From the UHGV virus genome UHGV-0042525: a stretch of 22,747 nucleotides of DNA; one strand, 5' to 3'. The translations under genes were made by a program, and so were the position numbers. This stretch comes from a virus. Below the pieces are notes generated by a model that searched no databases, was not told where the DNA came from, and saw nothing but the letters and a program-made list of their open reading frames with translations. This document shows positions 1 to 7,804 of this stretch, in pieces (position 1 is the first letter of the stretch; every line of letters begins with the position of its first letter).

Positions 1-64
1 AATCATGCCATTATTATATTTTAACACCAAAGCGTGTCGTTGGTATTTAATGGGGGAAGGTAAG

Positions 65-382
65 ATGAAAAAGATAGCTGCTATATCATTAATTAGTGTT
101 TTTCTTATGTCTGGGTGTGCTGTGCATAATGATGAGACAAGTATCGGTAAATTTGGTCTTGCATATAAAAGTAATATTCAGCGTAAACTCGATAACCAAT
201 ACTACACCGAAGCCGAAGCTTCTTTAGCCAGGGGCAGAATTTCTGGTGCAGAAAATATAGTAAAAAATGATGCAGCTCATTTCTGTGTTACTCAGGGCAA
301 AAAAATGCAGATAGTTGACCTGAAGACAGAAGGTGCAGGATTACATGGCGTCGCTCGTCTGACATTCAAATGTGGAGAGTGA
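65..382 (+). CDS. small lipoprotein, function unknown (host flank)
   Basis: ORF-track frame 5..382; preferred start ATG 65 with GGGGAAGG upstream. N-terminus MKKIAAISLISVFLMSGC looks like a signal peptide ending in a lipobox-like Cys. Lies outside the att core, so host-encoded. Host gene not recognised with certainty. Confidence 0.55.
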   Translation: MKKIAAISLISVFLMSGCAVHNDETSIGKFGLAYKSNIQRKLDNQYYTEAEASLARGRISGAENIVKNDAAHFCVTQGKKMQIVDLKTEGAGLHGVARLTFKCGE

Positions 383-540
383 GAATATTTTTTGGTAAGC
401 GTCAAACATGCGCGTTCTGGTTGTGCTTAGCCGGAACCTGTGCGAGCACGATGCCGTTACGTGAAAGGCATCGTGCTATGAAGGGAGATTCTATCGATGT
501 GGTCAATGGAAGACGGTGACCAGGGATAGGGCTTACGCGT

Positions 541-567
541 AAAAAATAAGCCCGTGTAAGGGAGATT
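541..567. other. attL: attL core of a P2-type integration site
   Basis: AAAAAATAAGCCCGTGTAAGGGAGATT read directly; matches my recollection of the 27-bp phage P2 att core. Sits ~80 bp beyond the 3' end of int, as in P2. Not verified by search. Confidence 0.7.
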
Positions 568-646
568 TAGGGTGTCACCAGTAGGGGCTTTCAACGGTAC
601 AATGCGGGTTTGAGCGGCATAAATTACCACTGAAAGCCCTTAAACG

Positions 647-1660
647 TTACTCTACTGTGGACACTGTGTGGACACTCTCGGCCTCAGTACCACCTCTTAG
701 CGGATTAAGAGAAATGGCGTCCTGAAGGTACTCTGGCGCAAAATGAGCGTAAACCATAGTTTGCTCAATCCGCGTGTGACCTAGTATCCGTTGTAGCGTG
801 ATAATACTTCCTCCATTAATCATGAAATGAGTGGCAAAGCTGTGCCTTAGTGCATGTGTGGCTTGCCCCATTGGCAAATCCGGTTTTATTGCTTTCATTG
901 TTCGTCTGAAGCGAGGGTAATCAGCATCAGGGAATAAAAAACCTCGTTTGTTATCCGCGATCATTTTGGCAACAGCCTCTGAGATCGGGACGGTGCGTGG
1001 TTTGTTTGTTTTCGTTTTAACAAACGTGACGCGGTTATGGATGATATTTTCTGCTTTCAAACGAGCTGCTTCTCCCCAACGTGCTCCAGTACTCAGGCAA
1101 AGAATCGCAATCTTTTTGTTGTCGCCGTCAAGAGCAGCAAGCAGTAAGGCAATTTCTTCCTGCGTGAGATAGCCTGTGTCTGGTTTTTCCTCCTTAAGCC
1201 TTTTTGTCCCTCTGATAGGGTGCTCACCAAAGAATAACTCCGCTTCAATCAGGGCTGTAAACATGCCGCTAATACATGTTAAATCACGATTGATACTCGA
1301 AGGTTTAATACCCTGACTTCTTCGGGTGGCGCAGTACTGGCTGATAAGCGATTTCGTAATTTGAAATGCGCATGGGTCATTAGTTATTTTTGTGAAGATT
1401 TCGATTTTTCCAAGATTAGATTTCCCATGCTCTTCGTGTTTACCCTTTAAATCCCACCAGATCTGTGTCAGCTCCGACAGACGTCGCTTGTCTCTTGGTT
1501 TTGATAGCCATTCTTTATTGTGGTGGTTGTACAACGTGTATTTCTCGAAAGCGACAGCTTCGCTTTTCTTATCAAACTTCCTACGGATGCGTTTTCCATT
1601 ACGTCCAGTAGGGCGGATGTCCACTTCATATCGACCATCATCGAGTTTTTTGATTGCCAT
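647..1660 (-). CDS. int: tyrosine integrase (P2 Int-like)
   Basis: 337-aa ORF starting MAIKKLDDGRYEVDIRPTGRNGKR. C-terminal catalytic region has tyrosine-recombinase residues (GARWGEAARL, HALRHSFATHF, LGH...VYAHF). Placed between att core and C repressor as in P2. Confidence 0.95.
   Translation of the reverse strand: MAIKKLDDGRYEVDIRPTGRNGKRIRRKFDKKSEAVAFEKYTLYNHHNKEWLSKPRDKRRLSELTQIWWDLKGKHEEHGKSNLGKIEIFTKITNDPCAFQITKSLISQYCATRRSQGIKPSSINRDLTCISGMFTALIEAELFFGEHPIRGTKRLKEEKPDTGYLTQEEIALLLAALDGDNKKIAILCLSTGARWGEAARLKAENIIHNRVTFVKTKTNKPRTVPISEAVAKMIADNKRGFLFPDADYPRFRRTMKAIKPDLPMGQATHALRHSFATHFMINGGSIITLQRILGHTRIEQTMVYAHFAPEYLQDAISLNPLRGGTEAESVHTVSTVE
656..675. promoter_or_regulatory. tandem direct repeat TGTGGACAC x2 at 11-bp phasing; candidate Int arm-type binding sites
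   Basis: Identical 9-mers at 656-664 and 667-675 seen directly, overlapping the last codons of int. P2 Int arm-type sites are direct repeats near the int end (recalled, not verified). Confidence 0.4.
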
Positions 1661-1775
1661 CAGAAAACCCTCCGAGTGGTGTGTTTTTTTGCGACTACTA
1701 ATCGCTTTTTTCGTGGTGGCTGAAATTTAGCCACCAATAGTAGGCACTTGTGATGAATATATTCACGATGAATTG

Positions 1776-2075
1776 TTAACCAGTCTTTTGACCGGAGTGG
1801 GGCGACGTTGTTTCGTTTTGCCCAAAGTGTGCGAGAGCGGGCGCAATTTGCCCGGACTCAGGAGCGATCTGATTGGTCATGAACCATAAAGTGTATTTGG
1901 TGAATTGTGGGGTCTGCAGGATGTTCATCATGACATCTGTTGGAGGTGTTGAACGACCACTTTCATAGTAACTCAGCGTGCCATACGGAACCCCTGTTAA
2001 ATCAGCAAGTTGTTGTCTGCTCAAATACTCTGATTTTCGCATTAAGACTATCTTCTCGCTTATCGTGTTTGACAT
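1776..2075 (-). CDS. C: immunity repressor C (P2 C-like)
   Basis: 99-aa ORF MSNTISEKIVLMRKSEYLSRQQLADLTGVPYGTLSYYESG with helix-turn-helix. Divergent from cox across a 114-bp switch region; same length as P2 C. Confidence 0.9.
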   Translation of the reverse strand: MSNTISEKIVLMRKSEYLSRQQLADLTGVPYGTLSYYESGRSTPPTDVMMNILQTPQFTKYTLWFMTNQIAPESGQIAPALAHFGQNETTSPHSGQKTG

Positions 2076-2189
2076 GGTGTTTAGATCTCAATAGTATTTA
2101 GTTTAGATGTAGATTGTTTAGTGCTTGGATGTGGGCACTAAAAGGCATTATAAGACATTAAACGCAATTCATGAGGGCTAGAGGACGAC
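2076..2189. promoter_or_regulatory. C/cox transcriptional switch (divergent Pc and Pe promoters with operator repeats)
   Basis: Intergenic between divergent C and cox. Direct repeats TTTAGAT at 2080-2086 and 2103-2109 (about 22-23 bp apart) with further TTTAG half-repeats. TTAAACGCA at 2158-2166 resembles a Cox-box. Promoter -10/-35 not mapped. Confidence 0.55.
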
Positions 2190-2465
2190 ATGAGCAAGCA
2201 AGTAACACTCATGACTGATGCGATTCCTTATCAGGAGTTCGCAAAACTAATAGGAAAATCGACAGGAGCGGTTCGTCGGATGATCGATAAAGGAAAGCTG
2301 CCTGTAATTGATATGACCGATCCACAATCAGCTTCAGGTCGTGCAGGTGAATATTGGGTATACCTTCCGGCATGGAATAACGGACTAAAACTGGCTTATG
2401 AAAGCCGCCCTAAAGAGATTCGTGACGGCTGGTTGATGTGGTTAGGTCTCGGTGAACCACGTTAA
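2190..2465 (+). CDS. cox: Cox excisionase / early transcription regulator
   Basis: 91-aa ORF MSKQVTLMTDAIPYQEFAKLIGKSTGAVRRMIDKGKLPVID; first gene of the rightward early operon opposite C; length equals P2 Cox. Confidence 0.9.
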   Translation: MSKQVTLMTDAIPYQEFAKLIGKSTGAVRRMIDKGKLPVIDMTDPQSASGRAGEYWVYLPAWNNGLKLAYESRPKEIRDGWLMWLGLGEPR

Positions 2466-2646
2466 GGAGAACCGTATGAATGAGCCTCGTTGTATTGCTC
2501 AGTTACTGCGTAACGAAAGCCCTAGGGCGATTGACTTCACCATCACCCACGGTAAGGGGCGTAAGGGAATCATTATCCGCACCAAAAAACAGAGTCCGTT
2601 AAAAAAGGCTCTGACCTTTCTGAAAAGCCGGAGGGTATGGAAATGA
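2452..2646 (+). CDS. small early protein (P2 orf78 position), function unknown
   Basis: ORF-track 64-aa frame overlapping cox stop and B start; alternative ATG at 2476 (MNEPRC...). Basic, Lys/Arg-rich C-terminus. Confidence 0.5.
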   Translation: MNHVKENRMNEPRCIAQLLRNESPRAIDFTITHGKGRKGIIIRTKKQSPLKKALTFLKSRRVWK

Positions 2647-3143
2647 CAGTGATGACGCTCAATCTCGTTGAAAAACAGCCAGCAGCTATGCGCCGGATAA
2701 TTGGTAAGCATCTTGCCGTTCCTCGCTGGCAGGATACATGTGATTATTATAATCAGATGATGGAGCGCGAACGGTTAACGGTTTGCTTCCATGCTCAGTT
2801 AAAACAGCGTCACGCAACGATGTGTTTTGAAGAAATGAACGACGTCGAACGTGAACGACTGGTATGTGCAATTGATGAATTGCGTGGTGCATTCTCAAAA
2901 CGCCGTCAGGTTGGCGCAAGTGAGTATGCATATATTAGTTTTTTAACAGTCAGTCAGCGTCGTACTTTATTTATGCATGCCGGATTGACTGAAAAAGAAT
3001 TCAACCAGCCATACTGGCGAATTAATGAAGAGTCATGTTACTGGCGTGATGCTTTATTCCGTGCATTACGTGAATTATTCAGTCTGTTTGAGTATGCACC
3101 GACAATTCTGACGTCGGTAAAACCGGAGCAATATCTGCATTAA
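2637..3143 (+). CDS. B: replication protein B (helicase-loader-like, P2 gpB)
   Basis: 168-aa ORF; GGAGGG 5-6 nt upstream of ATG 2637 (alternative ATG 2643 gives 166 aa, the P2 B length). Position between cox/orf78 and the orf80-83 cluster. Confidence 0.85.
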   Translation: MEMTVMTLNLVEKQPAAMRRIIGKHLAVPRWQDTCDYYNQMMERERLTVCFHAQLKQRHATMCFEEMNDVERERLVCAIDELRGAFSKRRQVGASEYAYISFLTVSQRRTLFMHAGLTEKEFNQPYWRINEESCYWRDALFRALRELFSLFEYAPTILTSVKPEQYLH

Positions 3144-3173
3144 GTAATTAACCAGAGTTTTTAACGCACTTAA

Positions 3174-3431
3174 TTGTGCGGGGCTTCTTTTTGCCTGGAG
3201 AAAGTTATGCATACAGTTTCTGAAAATCAGTGCGGTATATACGCATTACTGCTGCAACAGGCCAGAATCGCAGCACAGGCCGACGCTGCGACGCGCTTTT
3301 CTTCTCATCTTGATGCCATGATTCGCCACATCACAAAGGCGGAGTTATCCCGCGTGGAGATAGTCGAGCTGCTCAGTCAGGAGTCGGAAAAATTTCACAA
3401 TATCGGATTGTCTCGCGGGGAGGTGCTTTGA
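3174..3431 (+). CDS. hypothetical early protein (P2 orf80 position)
   Basis: ORF-track 85 aa; alternative start ATG 3207 (MHTVSENQ). Stop overlaps next ORF start (ATGA-type coupling). Confidence 0.55.
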   Translation: MCGASFCLEKVMHTVSENQCGIYALLLQQARIAAQADAATRFSSHLDAMIRHITKAELSRVEIVELLSQESEKFHNIGLSRGEVL

Positions 3432-3733
3432 TGTTCTGTTCTCGTTCAGTTGTATTACTGAATAACGCCTTAAAAATCGCCGTTATGAAAAATGGCGATT
3501 TGTCTCTTATTCAACTTGGTCTTGATAAAGAAAAACGCGAAATAACTGAATCTGTTATCGCGATTTATCAGAGTGAATTAAACCTCCTGTCTGATGTGGT
3601 CAATTTACTTGTTAAACGCGCTGTATTTCACAAGCAAATTTCCTCCGTGGATGAACTGACGAAATTAACGACAGAAATCGCCAGCTATTGCGCTGATGAA
3701 TTTAAAAAACTGAACGACAAAAGGAACTGGTAA
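3428..3733 (+). CDS. hypothetical early protein (P2 orf81 position)
   Basis: 101-aa ORF, translationally coupled to flanking ORFs. Confidence 0.55.
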   Translation: MMFCSRSVVLLNNALKIAVMKNGDLSLIQLGLDKEKREITESVIAIYQSELNLLSDVVNLLVKRAVFHKQISSVDELTKLTTEIASYCADEFKKLNDKRNW

Positions 3734-3957
3734 TGCCGGACAACGTAGATTTTATTCAGGAACAACAGGCTGAATTACTGGAGCGCCAGATTAACGCGGC
3801 AAGGGTAAAACATTGCGGTGCTTCTGCGCTGGTTTGCGAAGAGTGTGACGCGCCAATACCTGCTGCCCGTCGTGCGGCTTACCCGTCAGCCACGCGTTGT
3901 GTTTCCTGTCAGTCAGTCTTTGAAGCAAAAAACAAACATTACCGGAGAACGGCATGA
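3733..3957 (+). CDS. TraR/DksA-type C4 zinc-finger protein (P2 orf82 position)
   Basis: 74-aa ORF with CxxC-(17)-CxxC: CEECDAPIPAARRAAYPSATRCVSCQ. Confidence 0.65.
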   Translation: MPDNVDFIQEQQAELLERQINAARVKHCGASALVCEECDAPIPAARRAAYPSATRCVSCQSVFEAKNKHYRRTA

Positions 3958-4229
3958 GTATTCGTATTGAAATTGGCGAACGTTATGTCGTTACCAGTGA
4001 CAGCTTTCAGTTTATTCTCCACGAGAAAAAGAGAGCGGAAAGCGGTAAAAACGCCGGTCAGGAATGGCTGGCGGTGGTTGGTTATTACCCGAAATTAAGC
4101 CAGCTCGTTTCAGGCCTGATGCATCACGATATTCTGACCGGAAGCGCAAAGTCTTTTGCTGATTTAAACGTGCAGGTTGAGCAACTCAGCAAGCGTTGTT
4201 CAGAGGCTTTTGGCTCATATGGCCGTTAA
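3954..4229 (+). CDS. hypothetical early protein (P2 orf83 position)
   Basis: 91-aa ORF overlapping the A start. Confidence 0.55.
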   Translation: MSIRIEIGERYVVTSDSFQFILHEKKRAESGKNAGQEWLAVVGYYPKLSQLVSGLMHHDILTGSAKSFADLNVQVEQLSKRCSEAFGSYGR

Positions 4230-6504
4230 AGCCTCCGGGCGTTTTGTCCCTCCGTCAGCATTTGCCGCAGGCACCGGTAAGATGTTTACCGGTGCTTATG
4301 CATGGAACGCGCCACGCGAGGCCGTCGGGCGCGAAAGACCCCTTACACGTGACGAGATGCGTCAGATGCAAGGTGTTTTATCCACGATTAACCGCCTGCC
4401 TTACTTTTTGCGCTCGCTGTTTACTTCACGCTATGACTACATCCGGCGCAATAAAAGCCCGGTGCACGGGTTTTATTTCCTCACATCCACTTTTCAGCGT
4501 CGTTTATGGCCGCGCATTGAGCGTGTGAATCAGCGCCATGAAATGAACACCGACGCGTCGTTGCTGTTTCTGGCAGAGCGTGACCACTATGCGCGCCTGC
4601 CGGGAATGAATGACAAGGAGCTGAAAAAGTTTGCCGCCCGTATCTCATCGCAGCTTTTCATGATGTATGAGGAACTCAGCGATGCCTGGGTGGATGCACA
4701 TGGCGAAAAAGAATCGCTGTTTACGGATGAGGCGCAGGCTCACCTCTATGGTCATGTTGCTGGCGCTGCACGTGCTTTCAATATTTCCCCGCTTTACTGG
4801 AAAAAATACCGTAAAGGACAGATGACCACGAGGCAGGCATATTCTGCCATTGCCCGTCTGTTTAACGATGAGTGGTGGACTCATCAGCTCAAAGGCCAGC
4901 GTATGCGCTGGCATGAGGCGTTACTGATTGCTGTCGGGGAGGTGAATAAAGACCGTTCTCCTTATGCCAGTAAACATGCCATTCGTGATGTGCGTGCACG
5001 CCGCCAGGCAAATCTGGAATTTCTTAAATCGTGTGACCTTGAAAACAGGGAAACCGGCGAGCGCATCGACCTTATCAGTAAGGTGATGGGCAGTATTTCT
5101 AATCCTGAAATTCGCCGGATGGAGCTGATGAACACCATTGCCGGTATTGAGCGTTACGCCGCCGCAGAGGGTGATGTGGGGATGTTTATCACGCTTACCG
5201 CGCCGTCAAAGTATCACCCGACACGTCAGGTCGGAAAAGGCGAAAGTAAAACCGTCCAGCTAAATCACGGCTGGAACGATGAGGCATTTAATCCAAAGGA
5301 TGCGCAGCGTTATCTCTGCCATATCTGGAGCCTGATGCGCACGGCATTCAAAGATAATGATTTACAGGTCTACGGTTTGCGTGTCGTCGAGCCACACCAC
5401 GACGGAACGCCGCACTGGCATATGATGCTTTTTTGTAATCCACGCCAGCGTAACCAGATTATCGAAATCATGCGTCGCTATGCGCTCAAAGAGGATGGCG
5501 ACGAAAGAGGAGCCGCGCGAAACCGTTTTCAGGCAAAACACCTTAACCAGGGCGGTGCTGCGGGGTATATCGCGAAATACATCTCAAAAAACATCGATGG
5601 CTATGCACTGGATGGTCAGCTCGATAACGATACCGGCAGACCGCTGAAAGACACTGCTGCGGCTGTTACCGCATGGGCGTCAACGTGGCGCATCCCACAA
5701 TTTAAAACGGTTGGTCTGCCGACAATGGGGGCTTACCGTGAACTACGCAAATTGCCTCGCGGCGTCAGCATTGCTGATGAGTTTGACGAGCGCGTCGAGG
5801 CTGCACGCGCCGCCGCAGACAGTGGTGATTTTGCGTTGTATATCAGCGCGCAGGGTGGGGCAAATGTCCCGCGCGATTGTCAGACTGTCAGGGTCGCCCG
5901 TAGTCCGTCGGATGACGTTAACGAGTACGAGGAAGAAGTCGAGAGAGTGGTCGGCATTTACGCGCCGCATCTCGGCGCGCGTCATATTCATATCACCAGA
6001 ACGACGGACTGGCGCATTGTGCCGAAAGTTCCGGTCGTTGAGCCTCTGACTTTAAAAAGCGGCATCGCCGCGCCTCGGAGTCCTGTCAATAACTGTGGAA
6101 AGCTCACCGGTGGTGATACTTCGTTACCGGCTCCCACACCTTCTGAGCACGCCGCAGCAGTGCTTAATCTGGTTGATGACGGTGTTATTGAATGGAATGA
6201 ACCGGAGGTCGTGAGGGCGCTCAGGGGCGCATTAAAATACGACATGAGAACGCCAAACCGTCAGCAAAGAAACGGAAGCCCGTTAAAACCGCATGAAATT
6301 GCACCATCTGCCAGACTGACCAGGTCTGAGCGATTGCAGATCACCCGTATCCGCGTTGACCTTGCTCAGAACGGTATCAGGCCTCAGCGATGGGAACTTG
6401 AGGCGCTGGCGCGTGGCGCAACCGTAAATTATGACGGGAAAAAATTCACGTATCCGGTCGCTGATGAGTGGCCGGGATTCTCAACAGTAATGGAGTGGAC
6501 ATGA
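4219..6504 (+). CDS. A: rolling-circle replication initiator endonuclease (P2 gpA)
   Basis: Start ATG 4219 gives 761 aa (ORF-track frame opens at 4177). HUH-type motif PHWHMM (His at codons 399/401). Paired tyrosines GYIAKYISKN fall at codons 450 and 454 counted from 4219, the positions I recall for the P2 A active-site tyrosines. Confidence 0.9.
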   Translation: MAVKASGRFVPPSAFAAGTGKMFTGAYAWNAPREAVGRERPLTRDEMRQMQGVLSTINRLPYFLRSLFTSRYDYIRRNKSPVHGFYFLTSTFQRRLWPRIERVNQRHEMNTDASLLFLAERDHYARLPGMNDKELKKFAARISSQLFMMYEELSDAWVDAHGEKESLFTDEAQAHLYGHVAGAARAFNISPLYWKKYRKGQMTTRQAYSAIARLFNDEWWTHQLKGQRMRWHEALLIAVGEVNKDRSPYASKHAIRDVRARRQANLEFLKSCDLENRETGERIDLISKVMGSISNPEIRRMELMNTIAGIERYAAAEGDVGMFITLTAPSKYHPTRQVGKGESKTVQLNHGWNDEAFNPKDAQRYLCHIWSLMRTAFKDNDLQVYGLRVVEPHHDGTPHWHMMLFCNPRQRNQIIEIMRRYALKEDGDERGAARNRFQAKHLNQGGAAGYIAKYISKNIDGYALDGQLDNDTGRPLKDTAAAVTAWASTWRIPQFKTVGLPTMGAYRELRKLPRGVSIADEFDERVEAARAAADSGDFALYISAQGGANVPRDCQTVRVARSPSDDVNEYEEEVERVVGIYAPHLGARHIHITRTTDWRIVPKVPVVEPLTLKSGIAAPRSPVNNCGKLTGGDTSLPAPTPSEHAAAVLNLVDDGVIEWNEPEVVRALRGALKYDMRTPNRQQRNGSPLKPHEIAPSARLTRSERLQITRIRVDLAQNGIRPQRWELEALARGATVNYDGKKFTYPVADEWPGFSTVMEWT

Positions 6505-6830
6505 TGGCAAAAATTCACGAGGTAAAGCTGCACGCAAAATATTTCGACCTTGTACTGGAAGGAAAGAAACGCGCAGAGTTTCGGAAAAAAGATCGTAATT
6601 ATGAGCGCGGGGGCACGTTGATTTTGCATGAATGGGTGCAGGGTGTGTTTACGGGGCGAAAGGTTGAAGCCCGGATAACAGATGTTACTGACCTGTCAGA
6701 CTGGCTGGAAGATTATGTCTTGCTGCACAGAATACTAGGTGAGATACTGCCGCTGACTGTCAAGCTGGCAGTATCCTCCACATTTTTTATAAATCTAAGG
6801 CGAAGAACGGTGGCAATATATTTGCTTTAA
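6504..6830 (+). CDS. DUF3850/ASCH-like small protein (P2 orf91 position)
   Basis: Start ATG 6501 or 6504 overlapping A stop; MAKIHEVKLHAKYFDLVLEGKKRAEFRKKDRNYERGGTLILHEW resembles DUF3850/ASCH-type proteins. 3' end runs into the AT-rich island, so true C-terminus is uncertain. Confidence 0.55.
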   Translation: MAKIHEVKLHAKYFDLVLEGKKRAEFRKKDRNYERGGTLILHEWVQGVFTGRKVEARITDVTDLSDWLEDYVLLHRILGEILPLTVKLAVSSTFFINLRRRTVAIYLL

Positions 6831-6868
6831 ATTGTAAATAAGCAAATTATTCTAAGCCACAAATGATA

Positions 6869-7630
6869 TCAATTGAGTATCGATTTTCGTTCGAATATAA
6901 CCATAACGCCAAGCGTCAAATGTAAGTCATCTATATGTGATTCGTATTCATATTGGTCAGCATCAGGAGATAGTAAATGCTCTGCTGCTGTAAAAACATC
7001 AATTGTAACAGATATATCGTCTGGGATTTCTTCATTTAATTCGGATATGTATTTTTTATATTTGTTTTTTAATTTCCTTATCATGTCTTCCTTATGGTGG
7101 ATTGTAGTGCAGTAATTTTTTTTAGTTGAATCATTGTATGAATGGAATGAACAGTTTAATGCTAGGCCAAGACTTGAATTTCCTGTAGGGCCTGTGTGTT
7201 TAAAGTATTCAAGATTTCTTCTTATGTCAGAAAATAAAAGACTTTTACAGGGGGCATTTCCTTTAACTTCTATTGCACATATTGGAATGTCGAAAAATGG
7301 TCTGCTGTCCAATATGGCAATATCAATTCTGCCTGATCTTGTTGTGTTTGTGTTTTTTCTGACAGTTTTTTTTGAGAATGTTTTTTGGGGGTCAGACCGT
7401 TTCGATAAAGGAACTGTTGCATTAATGAATTTATTTGTATGGTACTCAAATATAACTTTGTAATCACCATGGCGAAAGGATTTTATTTCTAACAACGATA
7501 GACCTATAGATACGGTAGCTACATATTCAGTGTTTATTTTTGCACCAGACCTGAAATCCATTAAATAAGTTGCGTCGGCTGACTTTTTCATTCCATCTTT
7601 TACAGCTTTCACAATATCCATGTTATTCAT
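6869..7630 (-). CDS. tin: Tin-like protein (T-even phage exclusion), 253 aa
   Basis: Leftward ORF in the AT-rich island, downstream of old and convergent with orf91; AAAGGTG RBS about 9 nt before ATG. Size and position match P2 tin as recalled; sequence identity not verified. Confidence 0.65.
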   Translation of the reverse strand: MNNMDIVKAVKDGMKKSADATYLMDFRSGAKINTEYVATVSIGLSLLEIKSFRHGDYKVIFEYHTNKFINATVPLSKRSDPQKTFSKKTVRKNTNTTRSGRIDIAILDSRPFFDIPICAIEVKGNAPCKSLLFSDIRRNLEYFKHTGPTGNSSLGLALNCSFHSYNDSTKKNYCTTIHHKEDMIRKLKNKYKKYISELNEEIPDDISVTIDVFTAAEHLLSPDADQYEYESHIDDLHLTLGVMVIFERKSILN

Positions 7631-7804
7631 ATCAACACCTTTTATATTCCAGAATTATAAATCTTAATGATTGATTTGTTTGTGTGTTTAGGTTACTAGA
7701 TTGACGTACTTATAGCACATTCTGATTTTGAAATCACCATCCTTGGGTAAAGCACAGCCTATCACTATTGGTTTAGTACTGTGCTGTAATAGTATCAGAT
7801 TAAG

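Noticed and set aside
383-646. tRNA or tmRNA gene at the integration site
   Set aside because: No cloverleaf-compatible arms or conserved T-loop seen; P2-type att core does not require a tRNA target.
948-1730. Plus-strand ORFs inside int (948..1172, 1392..1730, 1520..1723)
   Set aside because: Embedded antisense to a well-supported integrase; no coding support.
4196-4528. 110-aa ORF overlapping the 5' end of A
   Set aside because: Alternative frame within A; A frame is supported by catalytic motifs at the expected codon positions.
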